Assembly (NCBI GenBank): GCA_965226565.1
Contig: CBDDDI010000004.1
Location: 408,942 to 472,941 of the forward strand
DNA length: 64,000 nucleotides
Origin: Oscillospiraceae bacterium
GTDB lineage: Bacteria > Bacillota > Clostridia > Oscillospirales > Ruminococcaceae
Direction: 5' to 3'
The notes under the pieces were generated by a model that did not search any database, was not told the DNA's origin, and was given only the letters and a program-made list of their open reading frames with translations. The position numbers and the translations under genes are program-made. Each line of letters begins with the position of its first letter. Position 1 is the stretch's first letter. This document shows positions 37,680-48,068 of this stretch, piece after piece.

Positions 37680-38443
37680 TTAATTTTAAATAAAGTCTTT
37701 GCATTTTTATTTGTAATATCCAAAACTTCTTGAGTATCTATACCTTTTAGCTGAGAAACAACTTCAGCTACATAAGCAATCATATCTGAAGTGCATCTTT
37801 TACCTCTGTTTGGAACAGGTGCCATAAATGGACAATCTGTTTCTAACAAAAGCTTGTCAATAGGCATCATTTTAACAACAGCTTTGGCTTTTTCAGATTT
37901 TGGAAATGTTAAAACTCCAGTAAAACTAATATACATTCCAATATCCAAAACTTCTTTGGCTGTTTCAACTGAACCAGAAAAGCAATGTACAACACCTTTT
38001 GGTTTGTATTTTCTAAGCAATGTCATACAATCATTTGTTGCTTCTCTACAATGTACTATTATTGGCAAATCTAATTTTTTAGCAAGTTTAATTTGCTCTT
38101 CAAAAACTTCAAGTTGTTTTTGTTTAGTTTCTTTAGTCCAATAATAATCAAGTCCTATTTCTCCAATAGCAACAACTTTTTCATTCTCACAAAACTTTTC
38201 AAGTTTCAAAATATAATCATCTTGAACTTTTTCAACATTTTCAGGATGAATTCCAACTGAAGTGTAATAAAAATCATACTTTTTTGATGTTAAAATTCCA
38301 AATTCACAGCTTTTTATATCAATAGCTGCGTGAATTATATTACTTACACCAAGTTTAGGCAATTTTTTCAACACTTCATCCAAATCATTGTTGAAAGATT
38401 TATCATCATAATGAGAATGACTATCAAAAATATTCTTATACAT
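37676..38443 (-). CDS. tatD: TatD family metal-dependent hydrolase/DNase
   Basis: IFDSHSHYDD, GEIGLDYYW, IIVHCREA and ETDCPFMAP motifs. Its stop codon overlaps the bofA stop (shared TTAA at 37676-37679). Confidence 0.9.
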   Translation of the reverse strand: MYKNIFDSHSHYDDKSFNNDLDEVLKKLPKLGVSNIIHAAIDIKSCEFGILTSKKYDFYYTSVGIHPENVEKVQDDYILKLEKFCENEKVVAIGEIGLDYYWTKETKQKQLEVFEEQIKLAKKLDLPIIVHCREATNDCMTLLRKYKPKGVVHCFSGSVETAKEVLDIGMYISFTGVLTFPKSEKAKAVVKMMPIDKLLLETDCPFMAPVPNRGKRCTSDMIAYVAEVVSQLKGIDTQEVLDITNKNAKTLFKIN

Positions 38444-38540
38444 AATTACTCTCCAAAATTAAACTAAAATACTAATATATATTATAAACTATTCTTACAA
38501 TGATATCACAATTAAAATAACATTGTCAAGAAATTTCTAA

Positions 38541-38579
38541 CTAAAATAAAGAACAACCAAAAATATGGTTGTTCTTTTA
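38541..38579 (-). terminator. guaB terminator (bidirectional form)
   Basis: AAAGAACAACC-9 nt-GGTTGTTCTTT with flanking A/T runs. Confidence 0.7.
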
Positions 38580-38585
38580 CATAGA

Positions 38586-40076
<1,491 letters not shown>

Positions 40077-40102
40077 CTAAATTGATAAATATTATTCTTT
40101 TC

Positions 40103-40131
40103 ATAATACAAGATCCTTTAATATTTGTCAA
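40103..40131 (-). promoter_or_regulatory. guaB promoter
   Basis: On the minus strand: TTGACA (40131-40126), a 17-nt spacer, then TATTAT (40108-40103). This leaves only an about 35-nt leader. Confidence 0.5.
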
Positions 40132-40292
40132 TAAAAATAGATTAAATATTTGATTTTTTATATAATGATATTTTATATTAATTAAGGTCATTTTATGTGC
40201 AATTTAACAACAACATATTTGTGATGTATAAATCATATAATATATTACAATCAGTATATATAGCGATTTTTTGAATCATTTTTTATATTTTT

Positions 40293-40325
40293 CTTTCAAC
40301 ATAGTCATGTTTGCATTGTTGAAAA
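40293..40325. repeat. inverted repeat A: CTTTCAACA-15 nt-TGTTGAAAA
   Basis: The arms are at 40293-40301 and 40317-40325, followed by CTTTTTT. It shares the 16-nt word ATTGTTGAAAACTTTT with repeat B. Confidence 0.8.
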
Positions 40326-40426
40326 CTTTTTTATCTTCTTTTATACAAATTTTTTAATTAATATACCACGTTATGCCTTTAACAACAAGGTTTGAGAGCA
40401 AATAGCTAAAATTTCATAATTTCAAG

Positions 40427-40458
40427 TTTTCAACATTGTTTTTATAAATTGTTGAAAA
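40427..40458. repeat. inverted repeat B: TTTTCAACA-14 nt-TGTTGAAAA
   Basis: The arms are at 40427-40435 and 40450-40458. AATTGTTGAAAA (40447-40458) is the exact reverse complement of the 12-mer found twice in the dnaA-dnaN spacer. Confidence 0.8.
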
Positions 40459-40552
40459 CTTTTCTGCTGCAGTTTTTTCTAACAATTATTATTCAATATG
40501 ATAATTTTTGAGCAATTACCTTATATTTCATCAATAAAAAACAATAATATTT

Positions 40553-40590
40553 AAACTCTTTGATTTTTAAAAACCAAAGAGTTTATTTTT
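40553..40590. terminator. hairpin downstream of the thioesterase gene
   Basis: AAACTCTTTG-12 nt-CAAAGAGTTT. The clean T-run (TTTATTTTTTT) is on the plus strand and the U-tract is weaker on the minus strand. Confidence 0.5.
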
Positions 40591-41319
40591 TTATTTATAT
40601 ATTATTTCTGATTCAAAGCATACTTTCTCATTAACTTTTCCAACAATAATTGTTGTGTTATCCAAAACTGTTGAATACAATTCTATTGTATCATTTAAAA
40701 CAGCTTCAGAAACATAGTTAATTCTAAAATTATCAATATCTTTTTCACACTCTGATTTTGCCAAAACATCCATAATCACATCAGAATAAAAAGCATTATA
40801 CAAATGACCATTTCCATCTATATCACTAATATTAACTAACTTTTTGCCTACTAATTTAGTATCATTATATTTAATTTTACCAATAGGATTCGCTATACTT
40901 TGTTTTTCTTCAATACATGGCATATTAAATTCATAATGATTTGGTTTATAAATTTTTCTTGTATTAGGATTTGCTAAAATCCATCCATTAACCATACTGA
41001 TTACAACTTTGCCATCTTTATCTACAAACTCAGTTCCTCTTAAAAATAATGCGCCTTGTTTTCCACATTCCCAAGTTCTCACAATAAGCTCTTCTTGTTC
41101 TTGTGGATATCTAACTATTTTCAAACTTATCCTTGAAAGTAAAAATACCATTTCTTTTTTCCAAAGAAATTCATGTGTAAAACCTTTTACAGTATAATCA
41201 CGTCCTGCAATCTCAGCAGAATATTTTAATATAGAAGACAATCTCATTCTTCCTTTAAAATCACAATCAAAAAATCTTACTCTTTCGTTTACTTCAAAAA
41301 CACCATTGTTTTCGTTCAT
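40591..41319 (-). CDS. acyl-ACP thioesterase
   Basis: A double hotdog pattern: VRFFDCDFKGRMRLSSILKY in the N-terminal half and DIDGNGHLYNAFY in the second half. 242 aa. Confidence 0.8.
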   Translation of the reverse strand: MNENNGVFEVNERVRFFDCDFKGRMRLSSILKYSAEIAGRDYTVKGFTHEFLWKKEMVFLLSRISLKIVRYPQEQEELIVRTWECGKQGALFLRGTEFVDKDGKVVISMVNGWILANPNTRKIYKPNHYEFNMPCIEEKQSIANPIGKIKYNDTKLVGKKLVNISDIDGNGHLYNAFYSDVIMDVLAKSECEKDIDNFRINYVSEAVLNDTIELYSTVLDNTTIIVGKVNEKVCFESEIIYK

Positions 41320-41331
41320 TCCATAACCTTC

Positions 41332-42612
41332 TTATTTTATAACTTCTTTTCCGCCCATATACATTCTTAATGCTTCTGGTATTCTTACACTACCATCTTC
41401 ATTCAAATTGTTCTCAAGAAAAGCAATAAGCATTCTTGGTGGTGCAACAACTGTATTATTAAGAGTATGTGCAAAATATTTTTTACCATCCTCAGATTTA
41501 ACTCTTATACCTAATCTTCTAGCTTGAGCATCACCTAAATTAGAACAACTTCCAACTTCAAAATATTTCTTTTGTCTTGGACTCCAAGCTTCAACGTCTA
41601 TACTTTTAATTTTCAAATCTGCTAAATCTCCAGAACAACATTCCAAAGTTCTAACAGGAATATCAAGAGTTCTGAAAAACTCAACAGTATTATTATAAAG
41701 CTTTTCAAACCATTCTTTGCTTTCTTCTGGTTTACAAACAACAACCATCTCTTGTTTTTCAAACTGATGGATTCTATAAACACCACGTTCTTCAATTCCA
41801 TGAGCTCCAACTTCTTTTCTAAAACAAGGTGAATAGCTTGTCATTGTTTGAGGCAAATCTTCCTCTTTATTTATAGTATTAATAAATTTACCAATCATTG
41901 AGTGTTCACTTGTTCCGATAAGATACAAATCTTCACCTTCAATTTTATACATCATATCTTCCATTTCAGCAAAACTCATAACACCAGTTACAACATTACT
42001 TCTAATCATGAAAGGAGGAATATAATATGTGAATCCTTTATCGATCATAAAATCTCTAGCATATGACAATATTCCAGAATGCAAACGTGCTATATCTCCG
42101 CAGAAATAATAAAAACCATTTCCACTTGTTTTTCTAGCACTTTCTATATCAACACCTCTAAGTTTTTCCATAATCTCAACATGATATGGAATCTCATATT
42201 CAGGTACAAAAGGCTCACCAATTTTTTCTACTTCAACATTTTCGCTATCATCTTTACCAATAGGAACACTATCATCAATAATATTAGGAATAACAAGCAT
42301 CATTTTTTTAATTTCAGCTTCAAGTTCAACTTCTTTTTTTGAGAAATTTTCTAAATCTTTAGCAATTTGAGAAACTTCTTTTTTAACTTCTTCAGCTTCA
42401 TCTTTTTTACCTTGACTCATCAAATTACCAATTTGTTTGCTTATAACATTACGTTTGTTTCTTAATGAATCACAATCAGTTTTTATTTTACGATATTCAA
42501 CATCATATTCTCTTACTTTATCAACAAGCTCAAGTTTATCATCTTGAAACTTCTTTTTAATATTTTCTTTAACTATCTCTGGATTTTCTCTTATCAACTT
42601 AATATCTATCAT
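41332..42612 (-). CDS. serS: serine--tRNA ligase
   Basis: MIDIKLIRENPE, an N-terminal coiled-coil arm, and class II motifs FRKEVGAHG and GSCSNLGDAQARR. Confidence 0.96.
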   Translation of the reverse strand: MIDIKLIRENPEIVKENIKKKFQDDKLELVDKVREYDVEYRKIKTDCDSLRNKRNVISKQIGNLMSQGKKDEAEEVKKEVSQIAKDLENFSKKEVELEAEIKKMMLVIPNIIDDSVPIGKDDSENVEVEKIGEPFVPEYEIPYHVEIMEKLRGVDIESARKTSGNGFYYFCGDIARLHSGILSYARDFMIDKGFTYYIPPFMIRSNVVTGVMSFAEMEDMMYKIEGEDLYLIGTSEHSMIGKFINTINKEEDLPQTMTSYSPCFRKEVGAHGIEERGVYRIHQFEKQEMVVVCKPEESKEWFEKLYNNTVEFFRTLDIPVRTLECCSGDLADLKIKSIDVEAWSPRQKKYFEVGSCSNLGDAQARRLGIRVKSEDGKKYFAHTLNNTVVAPPRMLIAFLENNLNEDGSVRIPEALRMYMGGKEVIK

Positions 42613-42636
42613 GTTTTTCTCCTTACAAACTGCTCA

Positions 42637-42652
42637 TGTTCCACGTGGAACA
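42637..42652. other. parS: parS centromere-like site 1
   Basis: TGTTCCACGTGGAACA, a perfect 16-bp palindrome. It has one mismatch to the Bacillus consensus TGTTNCACGTGAAACA. It lies in the 45-bp parB-serS gap. Confidence 0.85.
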
Positions 42653-42657
42653 TTTTA

Positions 42658-43515
42658 TTAATTATGTGCCAATTGCTTAGCTATAGCACTTAAATCCTCT
42701 TTATCATAAAACTCAATTTCTATTACACCTTTGTTTTTGCCTTGTTTAACAAAGACTTTTCTGCCTAAATTCTCTTTTAAAGCAAGTTCAATCTCTTTAA
42801 AATATGAATCAACTATTTTAGCTGAACTTTCTTTAGATTTTTTAGAATCACAATCATTTAATAAATTTGAGCAAACTTTTTCTAAACCTCTTACAGTCAA
42901 TAAACCTTCGCTACATTTTTCTGCTAATTCCAATTGCAATTTTTGATCACTAATTCCAGCCAAAGCTTTAGCATGTCCAAGCGAAATAGTGCCTTCTCTC
43001 AACATATCTTGAATAGGTTGTTGCAATTTTAAAGCTCTTAAACAATTAGCAACTCCAGAACGTGATTTACCAACAGTTTTTGCAACTTCTTCTTGAGTCA
43101 TATTATAATTGCTAATCAAATCTTGATAACCAAGTGCTTCTTCAATCGCATTTAAATTTTCTCTTTGCAAATTTTCAATAAGAGCAATCTGCATTGTTTG
43201 ATGATCATCTAGCTCTTTAATATTTACAGCAACTTCATCAAGTCCTGCCATTCTGCAAGCTCTCCAACGTCTTTCACCAGCAACAATCTGATATGTGCCA
43301 TTAACCATAGGTCTAACAAGCAAAGGTTGCAACAAACCATGTTCTCTAATAGAATCAGCAAGTGTCGCAATTGTTTCATCATCAAAATCAATTCTAGGTT
43401 GAGACTTGTTTGGCTCAATATCTGACATTCTTAATGTATGAACAGATGTATCTTCATTACTATTGTCCATAAATAAGGCATCCATACCCATTCCTAATCC
43501 ACGTTTTTTTGCCAT
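42658..43515 (-). CDS. parB: chromosome partitioning protein ParB/Spo0J
   Basis: IEPNKSQPR, GLLQPLLVRP, IVAGERRWRA, and an HTH (MTQEEVAKTVGKSRSGVANCLR). Confidence 0.93.
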   Translation of the reverse strand: MAKKRGLGMGMDALFMDNSNEDTSVHTLRMSDIEPNKSQPRIDFDDETIATLADSIREHGLLQPLLVRPMVNGTYQIVAGERRWRACRMAGLDEVAVNIKELDDHQTMQIALIENLQRENLNAIEEALGYQDLISNYNMTQEEVAKTVGKSRSGVANCLRALKLQQPIQDMLREGTISLGHAKALAGISDQKLQLELAEKCSEGLLTVRGLEKVCSNLLNDCDSKKSKESSAKIVDSYFKEIELALKENLGRKVFVKQGKNKGVIEIEFYDKEDLSAIAKQLAHN

Positions 43516-44321
43516 TATTTCACACCTCCAGCTGATTTCCTTTTACTTTTACTACTTTTTTTATTACGTTCTAAAAACTCCTTACATAATTCTTCATATG
43601 ATTTAGCACCTTTAGAAGACTTGTCATAATAAAGAACTGGTTTTCCGAAACTAGGAGCCTCAGATAATGTAACATTTCTAGGAATTACTGTGTCAAACAC
43701 TTTTTTAGGAAAATGTTTTTTGACTTCTGAAACAACAGATGCAGTCAAATTATATCTTCCAACAAACATTGTAAATACAATACCTTCAATATCAATTACT
43801 GGATTATAATGTTCACGAACTCTTTTAATTGTATCATTAAGCTGAGATAATCCTTCAAGCGAATAAAACTCACATTGTAATGGAATTAATACAGTGTCAC
43901 AAGCCACTAAAGCATTTAATGTTAACATGCTTAGTGATGGTGGACAATCTATTAATATGTAGTCAAAATCATTTTTAATAGTTAAAAGTTGCATTTTCAA
44001 TCTTTGCATACGGTTGTCCATATTTGAAAGCTCAATTTCTGCTCCAGCAAGTTTTTGAGCTGAAGTAATAACCGATATATTTTCGAACTGTGTCGAAATT
44101 ATTGCATTACTAATTGTACATGATCCTATTATTACCTCATACACAGTAGTTTTAACTGATTTTTTTCTAATTCCTAAACCTGTAGTAGTATTTCCTTGAG
44201 CATCTATGTCAATAACAAGAACTTTTTTGCCATGCTTGCCTAATGAAGCAGCTAAATTTACTACTGTTGTTGACTTACCAACACCACCTTTTTGGTTAGA
44301 AACTGCGATAATTTTGCCCAT
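43515..44321 (-). CDS. parA: chromosome partitioning ATPase ParA/Soj
   Basis: Deviant Walker A NQKGGVGKST and DCPPSL. It overlaps the parB start by 1 nt. Confidence 0.93.
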   Translation of the reverse strand: MGKIIAVSNQKGGVGKSTTVVNLAASLGKHGKKVLVIDIDAQGNTTTGLGIRKKSVKTTVYEVIIGSCTISNAIISTQFENISVITSAQKLAGAEIELSNMDNRMQRLKMQLLTIKNDFDYILIDCPPSLSMLTLNALVACDTVLIPLQCEFYSLEGLSQLNDTIKRVREHYNPVIDIEGIVFTMFVGRYNLTASVVSEVKKHFPKKVFDTVIPRNVTLSEAPSFGKPVLYYDKSSKGAKSYEELCKEFLERNKKSSKSKRKSAGGVK

Positions 44322-44399
44322 AATATCCCCCTATCTAAAACAATTCAATACATAATATTATATCACTTTTTCAAGGAAAATAAAAGCTTTTTTCTTAAA

Positions 44400-44415
44400 T
44401 GTTCCACGTGGAACA
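44400..44415. other. parS: parS centromere-like site 2
   Basis: Identical TGTTCCACGTGGAACA in the noc-parA gap. Confidence 0.85.
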
Positions 44416-44437
44416 TGAATTTAATTACAATTTTGTT

Positions 44438-44476
44438 TCAAAAAAAAAGAATCTTCTATATAAGAAAATTCTTTTT
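44438..44476 (-). terminator. terminator after the noc-like gene
   Basis: On the minus strand: AAGAATTTTC-7 nt-GAAGATTCTT followed by a T8 run. Confidence 0.6.
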
Positions 44477-44499
44477 AATATTATATTATATAAATTAAT

Positions 44500-45324
44500 C
44501 TACGATCTTCTAATTTGGTCACAAGGAATTGTTATTATATATTCTATAAACTTATCCTTTTCAACTTTTTTTGCATTAGCATTAATTCCAGCCATTTTAA
44601 TAGTTTCAATAGCCTTATTAATCGTGTTCAAAAAAAGCCTGACATCTCTAAGTAACACAGCACGCTTTTTAAAACTATCTCTTTCTTGCTGAGATTCTAA
44701 AAGCTGTTCTATGTACTTTTCAGTTTTTTCAACATTCATCGAGTATTTGACAATTTTGTCTATTACCTCAAGCCGTGTTGAATTATCTTTAACCTTAAGC
44801 AATGCTCTAGCATGACGCTCAGTTAAAGAATTTTTGATAATAAGCTCTCTTTCTAAATCACTTAATTTCAAAAGTCTAAGCTTATTTGCGATTGTTGATT
44901 GTGCAAGTCCAAGTTTTGTTGCAGTTTCTTCTTGTGTAATATTACACATTTGTATCAAAGATTGAATAGCACTTGCTTCATCAAAACAAGTCAAATCCTC
45001 TCTTTGAATATTTTCGACTATAGCAAGTAAAGCTGAAGATTTTTCCGAAACATTCAAAATAATACACGGAACATGCTCTTTTCCAGCTAAAATGCTTGCT
45101 CGTAATCGACGTTCACCAGAAATCAGTTCATAACCATCATCACTTTTCCTTACAGTCAAAGGCTGCAAAATGCCATTTTGGGAAATACTTTGTGCCAGAG
45201 ATTTAATTTCATCATCTAAAAAAAAGGACCTAGGTTGATGCGGGTTAGGAAAGATGTGTTTAACTGGTAACTCAACAACTCTGTTTACGGCTTTTTCTTT
45301 ATAACTTTTAAACATCTGTGCCAT
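44500..45324 (-). CDS. noc: ParB-family paralogue, nucleoid occlusion protein (Noc)-like
   Basis: IFPNPHQPR, ILQPLTVRK, ISGERRLRAS, and an HTH ITQEETATKLGLAQSTIANKLR. It occupies the position between rsmG and parA, as noc does in Bacillus. Confidence 0.7.
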   Translation of the reverse strand: MAQMFKSYKEKAVNRVVELPVKHIFPNPHQPRSFFLDDEIKSLAQSISQNGILQPLTVRKSDDGYELISGERRLRASILAGKEHVPCIILNVSEKSSALLAIVENIQREDLTCFDEASAIQSLIQMCNITQEETATKLGLAQSTIANKLRLLKLSDLERELIIKNSLTERHARALLKVKDNSTRLEVIDKIVKYSMNVEKTEKYIEQLLESQQERDSFKKRAVLLRDVRLFLNTINKAIETIKMAGINANAKKVEKDKFIEYIITIPCDQIRRS

Positions 45325-45442
45325 TGTAACTTCCTCCTATTAATAATTTAATTGGATTATACCATATGTTATTATTTATTTCCATAAAAATATAGCGATG
45401 TTTTTCAACAAAACAACGCCATAATATTCATATATATTTATT

Positions 45443-46156
45443 TTATAAAGGTTTCTTTGTCATTTGACTTTTATTGCGAGGATATTTTGACTGTGTATGC
45501 GATATTTTTTTTATAATAATTAGAGTTCGTTTGTCACCGTTTGGCAACGAATAAGATTTTATGACATCAACTTTTCCACCAAGAATTTTTATTGCCGCCA
45601 TAGATTGTTCTACTTCCTCTTCTCCAGAAGCACCTTTTAATGCAACAAAACGACCACCAACTTTAACAAAAGGCATGCAATATTCACACAAAAAGTTCAA
45701 TGGAGCAACTGCTCTAGCTGTTGCAATATCGAATTTTTCTCTATATTCTTTATTTTTACCAAACTCTTCAGCTCTACCATGAACACAATCAGCTGAAACT
45801 TTCAACACTTCTGCAACATTTGTTAAAAACTTAATCCTTTTATTCAAACTATCAAGCAAAGTGAGCTTATAATTTCTATTAACAATAGCTAAAGGCAACG
45901 ATGGAAATCCAGCACCAGCACCAATATCAATAATTTTTGCATTTTGATCATGCTCAAACATTGAAAATGGATAAACACTATCAAAAAAGTGTTTTAAAGA
46001 AATTCCTTCTGGATCTAAAATAGCAGTAAGATTACAAATTTTATTCCATTCTACCAACATTTCAGAGTATTTATAAAAATCATTATAAACATTTTCATTT
46101 ATATTAATACCATGAGAACTAAACAAATCAAAAAATTCGTCTTTATTTATTATCAC
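45443..46156 (-). CDS. rsmG: 16S rRNA (guanine527-N7)-methyltransferase RsmG
   Basis: SAM motif IIDIGAGAGFP. AAGGAGG lies 7 nt before the GTG at 46156, which I prefer to the TTG at 46177. It overlaps the mnmG end by 14 nt. Confidence 0.9.
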   Translation of the reverse strand: MIINKDEFFDLFSSHGININENVYNDFYKYSEMLVEWNKICNLTAILDPEGISLKHFFDSVYPFSMFEHDQNAKIIDIGAGAGFPSLPLAIVNRNYKLTLLDSLNKRIKFLTNVAEVLKVSADCVHGRAEEFGKNKEYREKFDIATARAVAPLNFLCEYCMPFVKVGGRFVALKGASGEEEVEQSMAAIKILGGKVDVIKSYSLPNGDKRTLIIIKKISHTQSKYPRNKSQMTKKPL

Positions 46157-48035
46157 GTGTTTGCCTCCTTTGTTCAAGCCAAATCAATAAAACTGATATA
46201 TCAGCAGGATTAACACCAGAAACTCTTGAGGCTTGACCAACACTAAGCGGTTTAATTTTATTTAATTTTTCAATTGCTTCTAATCTCAAACCTTTAATAT
46301 CTGAATAATCAATGTCTGAAGTTAATTTTTTCTCTTCTAATTTCTTCATAGCTTTAACTTGGTCAAGTTGGATTGCAATATAACCTTCATATTTTATTCT
46401 AAGTTCAACTTGTTCACAAACAGCATCAGGCAATTCTTGTCTTTTCAAATCAAATCTAGCCATATCTTCATAACTAACTTGTGGACGTCTAATAAGTTCC
46501 GCAAGTTTAGCACCAGTTTTCATTGGTGAAGTACCAACTTTTTGCAAATAATCATTTAATTCTTTTGATGGAGCAATGTTAACTTTCCAAACACGTTTTA
46601 CTTCTTTATCAATCAAATCTAATTTTTCAAGCAATCTTTCATAACGTTCTTTTGAAATCAAGCCAATTTTGTAACCAATAGGAGTTAATCTTTCATCCGC
46701 ATTATCTTGTCTTAATAACAATCTATATTCACTTCTAGAAGTAAGCATTCTATATGGATCTTGACAACCTTTAGTAACCAAATCATCAATCAAAGTTCCG
46801 ATATATGAAGATGATCTGTCCAAAATAATTTCTTCTTTTCCTAAAAGATTTAATGCAGCATTTGCTCCAGCAATAAGACCTTGACCAGCAGCTTCTTCGT
46901 AACCAGAAGTTCCATTAAACTGTCCAGCGCCATAAAGACCTGATTTATTTTTAAATTCCAAAGTAGGCAACAACTCAGTTGGATCACAACAATCATACTC
47001 AATAGCATAAGCATTTCTCATAATTTCAACATTTTCAAGACCTTTAATTGATCTCAAAAAATCAATTTGAACATCTTCAGGCAAAGAAGTAGACATACCT
47101 TGTAAATACATTTCATCTGTGTCAAGTCCCATAGGTTCAACAAAAAGCTGATGTCTAGGTTTATCAGAAAATCTAACGATCTTATCTTCAATACTAGGAC
47201 AATATCTAGGACCAACACTATCAATTTTTCCTGAATACATAGCAGATCTAGTTATATTTTTCTTAATAATCTCATGAGTTTTGTCATTAGTATAAGCAAT
47301 ATAACAACAAACCTTGTTTTCAAGTTTTTCTTTATTCTCAAAACTAAATGGCACTATTTTTTCATCACCATCTTGTTTTTCTATTTTTTCAAAATCAATG
47401 CTTCGTTTATGAACTCTAGCAGGAGTACCTGTTTTAAATCTTCTTATAGTAATGCCGTTGTCTACTAAACTTTGAGATAAAAAAGCTGCTGGCAACAATG
47501 AATCTGGTCCACTTTCATATGAAACATCACCAACATGTATAGTGCTTTTTAAAAAAGTACCAGTACATACAATTATTTTTTTAGCTTTATATCTTGTTTT
47601 AATCCTAGTAACAACACCACAAACTTTATCTCCATCAAATTCAATTTCAACAATTTCAGCCTGTTTTACATCTAAATTTTTTTCTTGTTCAACTGCATTT
47701 TTCATATAATGATGATACGCCAAACGATCACTTTGTACTCTAAGACTATGAACAGCTGGGCCTTTACCTCTGTTTAACATTCTACTTTGGATAAAAGTTT
47801 TATCCGCAGCTTTGCCCATTTCACCGCCTAAAGCATCAATTTCTCTAACTAAATGTCCTTTAGCAGTTCCACCAATAGATGGATTACAAGGCATTACAGA
47901 AATATAATCAAGTGAAATTGTAAATAAAACAGTTTTGCAACCAAGTCTTGCTGCTGCCAAAGCTGCTTCAACACCAGCATGACCAGCACCTATAACAGCA
48001 ACATCATATTCTCCATTATATATTTTATCTTCCAT
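46143..48035 (-). CDS. mnmG: tRNA uridine-5-carboxymethylaminomethyl modification enzyme MnmG
   Basis: FAD motif [20 protein letters not shown] and [16 protein letters not shown]. 630 aa. Confidence 0.96.
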   Translation of the reverse strand: MEDKIYNGEYDVAVIGAGHAGVEAALAAARLGCKTVLFTISLDYISVMPCNPSIGGTAKGHLVREIDALGGEMGKAADKTFIQSRMLNRGKGPAVHSLRVQSDRLAYHHYMKNAVEQEKNLDVKQAEIVEIEFDGDKVCGVVTRIKTRYKAKKIIVCTGTFLKSTIHVGDVSYESGPDSLLPAAFLSQSLVDNGITIRRFKTGTPARVHKRSIDFEKIEKQDGDEKIVPFSFENKEKLENKVCCYIAYTNDKTHEIIKKNITRSAMYSGKIDSVGPRYCPSIEDKIVRFSDKPRHQLFVEPMGLDTDEMYLQGMSTSLPEDVQIDFLRSIKGLENVEIMRNAYAIEYDCCDPTELLPTLEFKNKSGLYGAGQFNGTSGYEEAAGQGLIAGANAALNLLGKEEIILDRSSSYIGTLIDDLVTKGCQDPYRMLTSRSEYRLLLRQDNADERLTPIGYKIGLISKERYERLLEKLDLIDKEVKRVWKVNIAPSKELNDYLQKVGTSPMKTGAKLAELIRRPQVSYEDMARFDLKRQELPDAVCEQVELRIKYEGYIAIQLDQVKAMKKLEEKKLTSDIDYSDIKGLRLEAIEKLNKIKPLSVGQASRVSGVNPADISVLLIWLEQRRQTRDNK

Positions 48036-48052
48036 AACTCGTTCCTCACAAT

Positions 48053-48068
48053 TGTTCCACGTGGAACA
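48053..48068. other. parS: parS centromere-like site 3
   Basis: Identical TGTTCCACGTGGAACA, abutting the mnmE stop codon (48069) in the 33-bp mnmE-mnmG gap. Confidence 0.85.
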
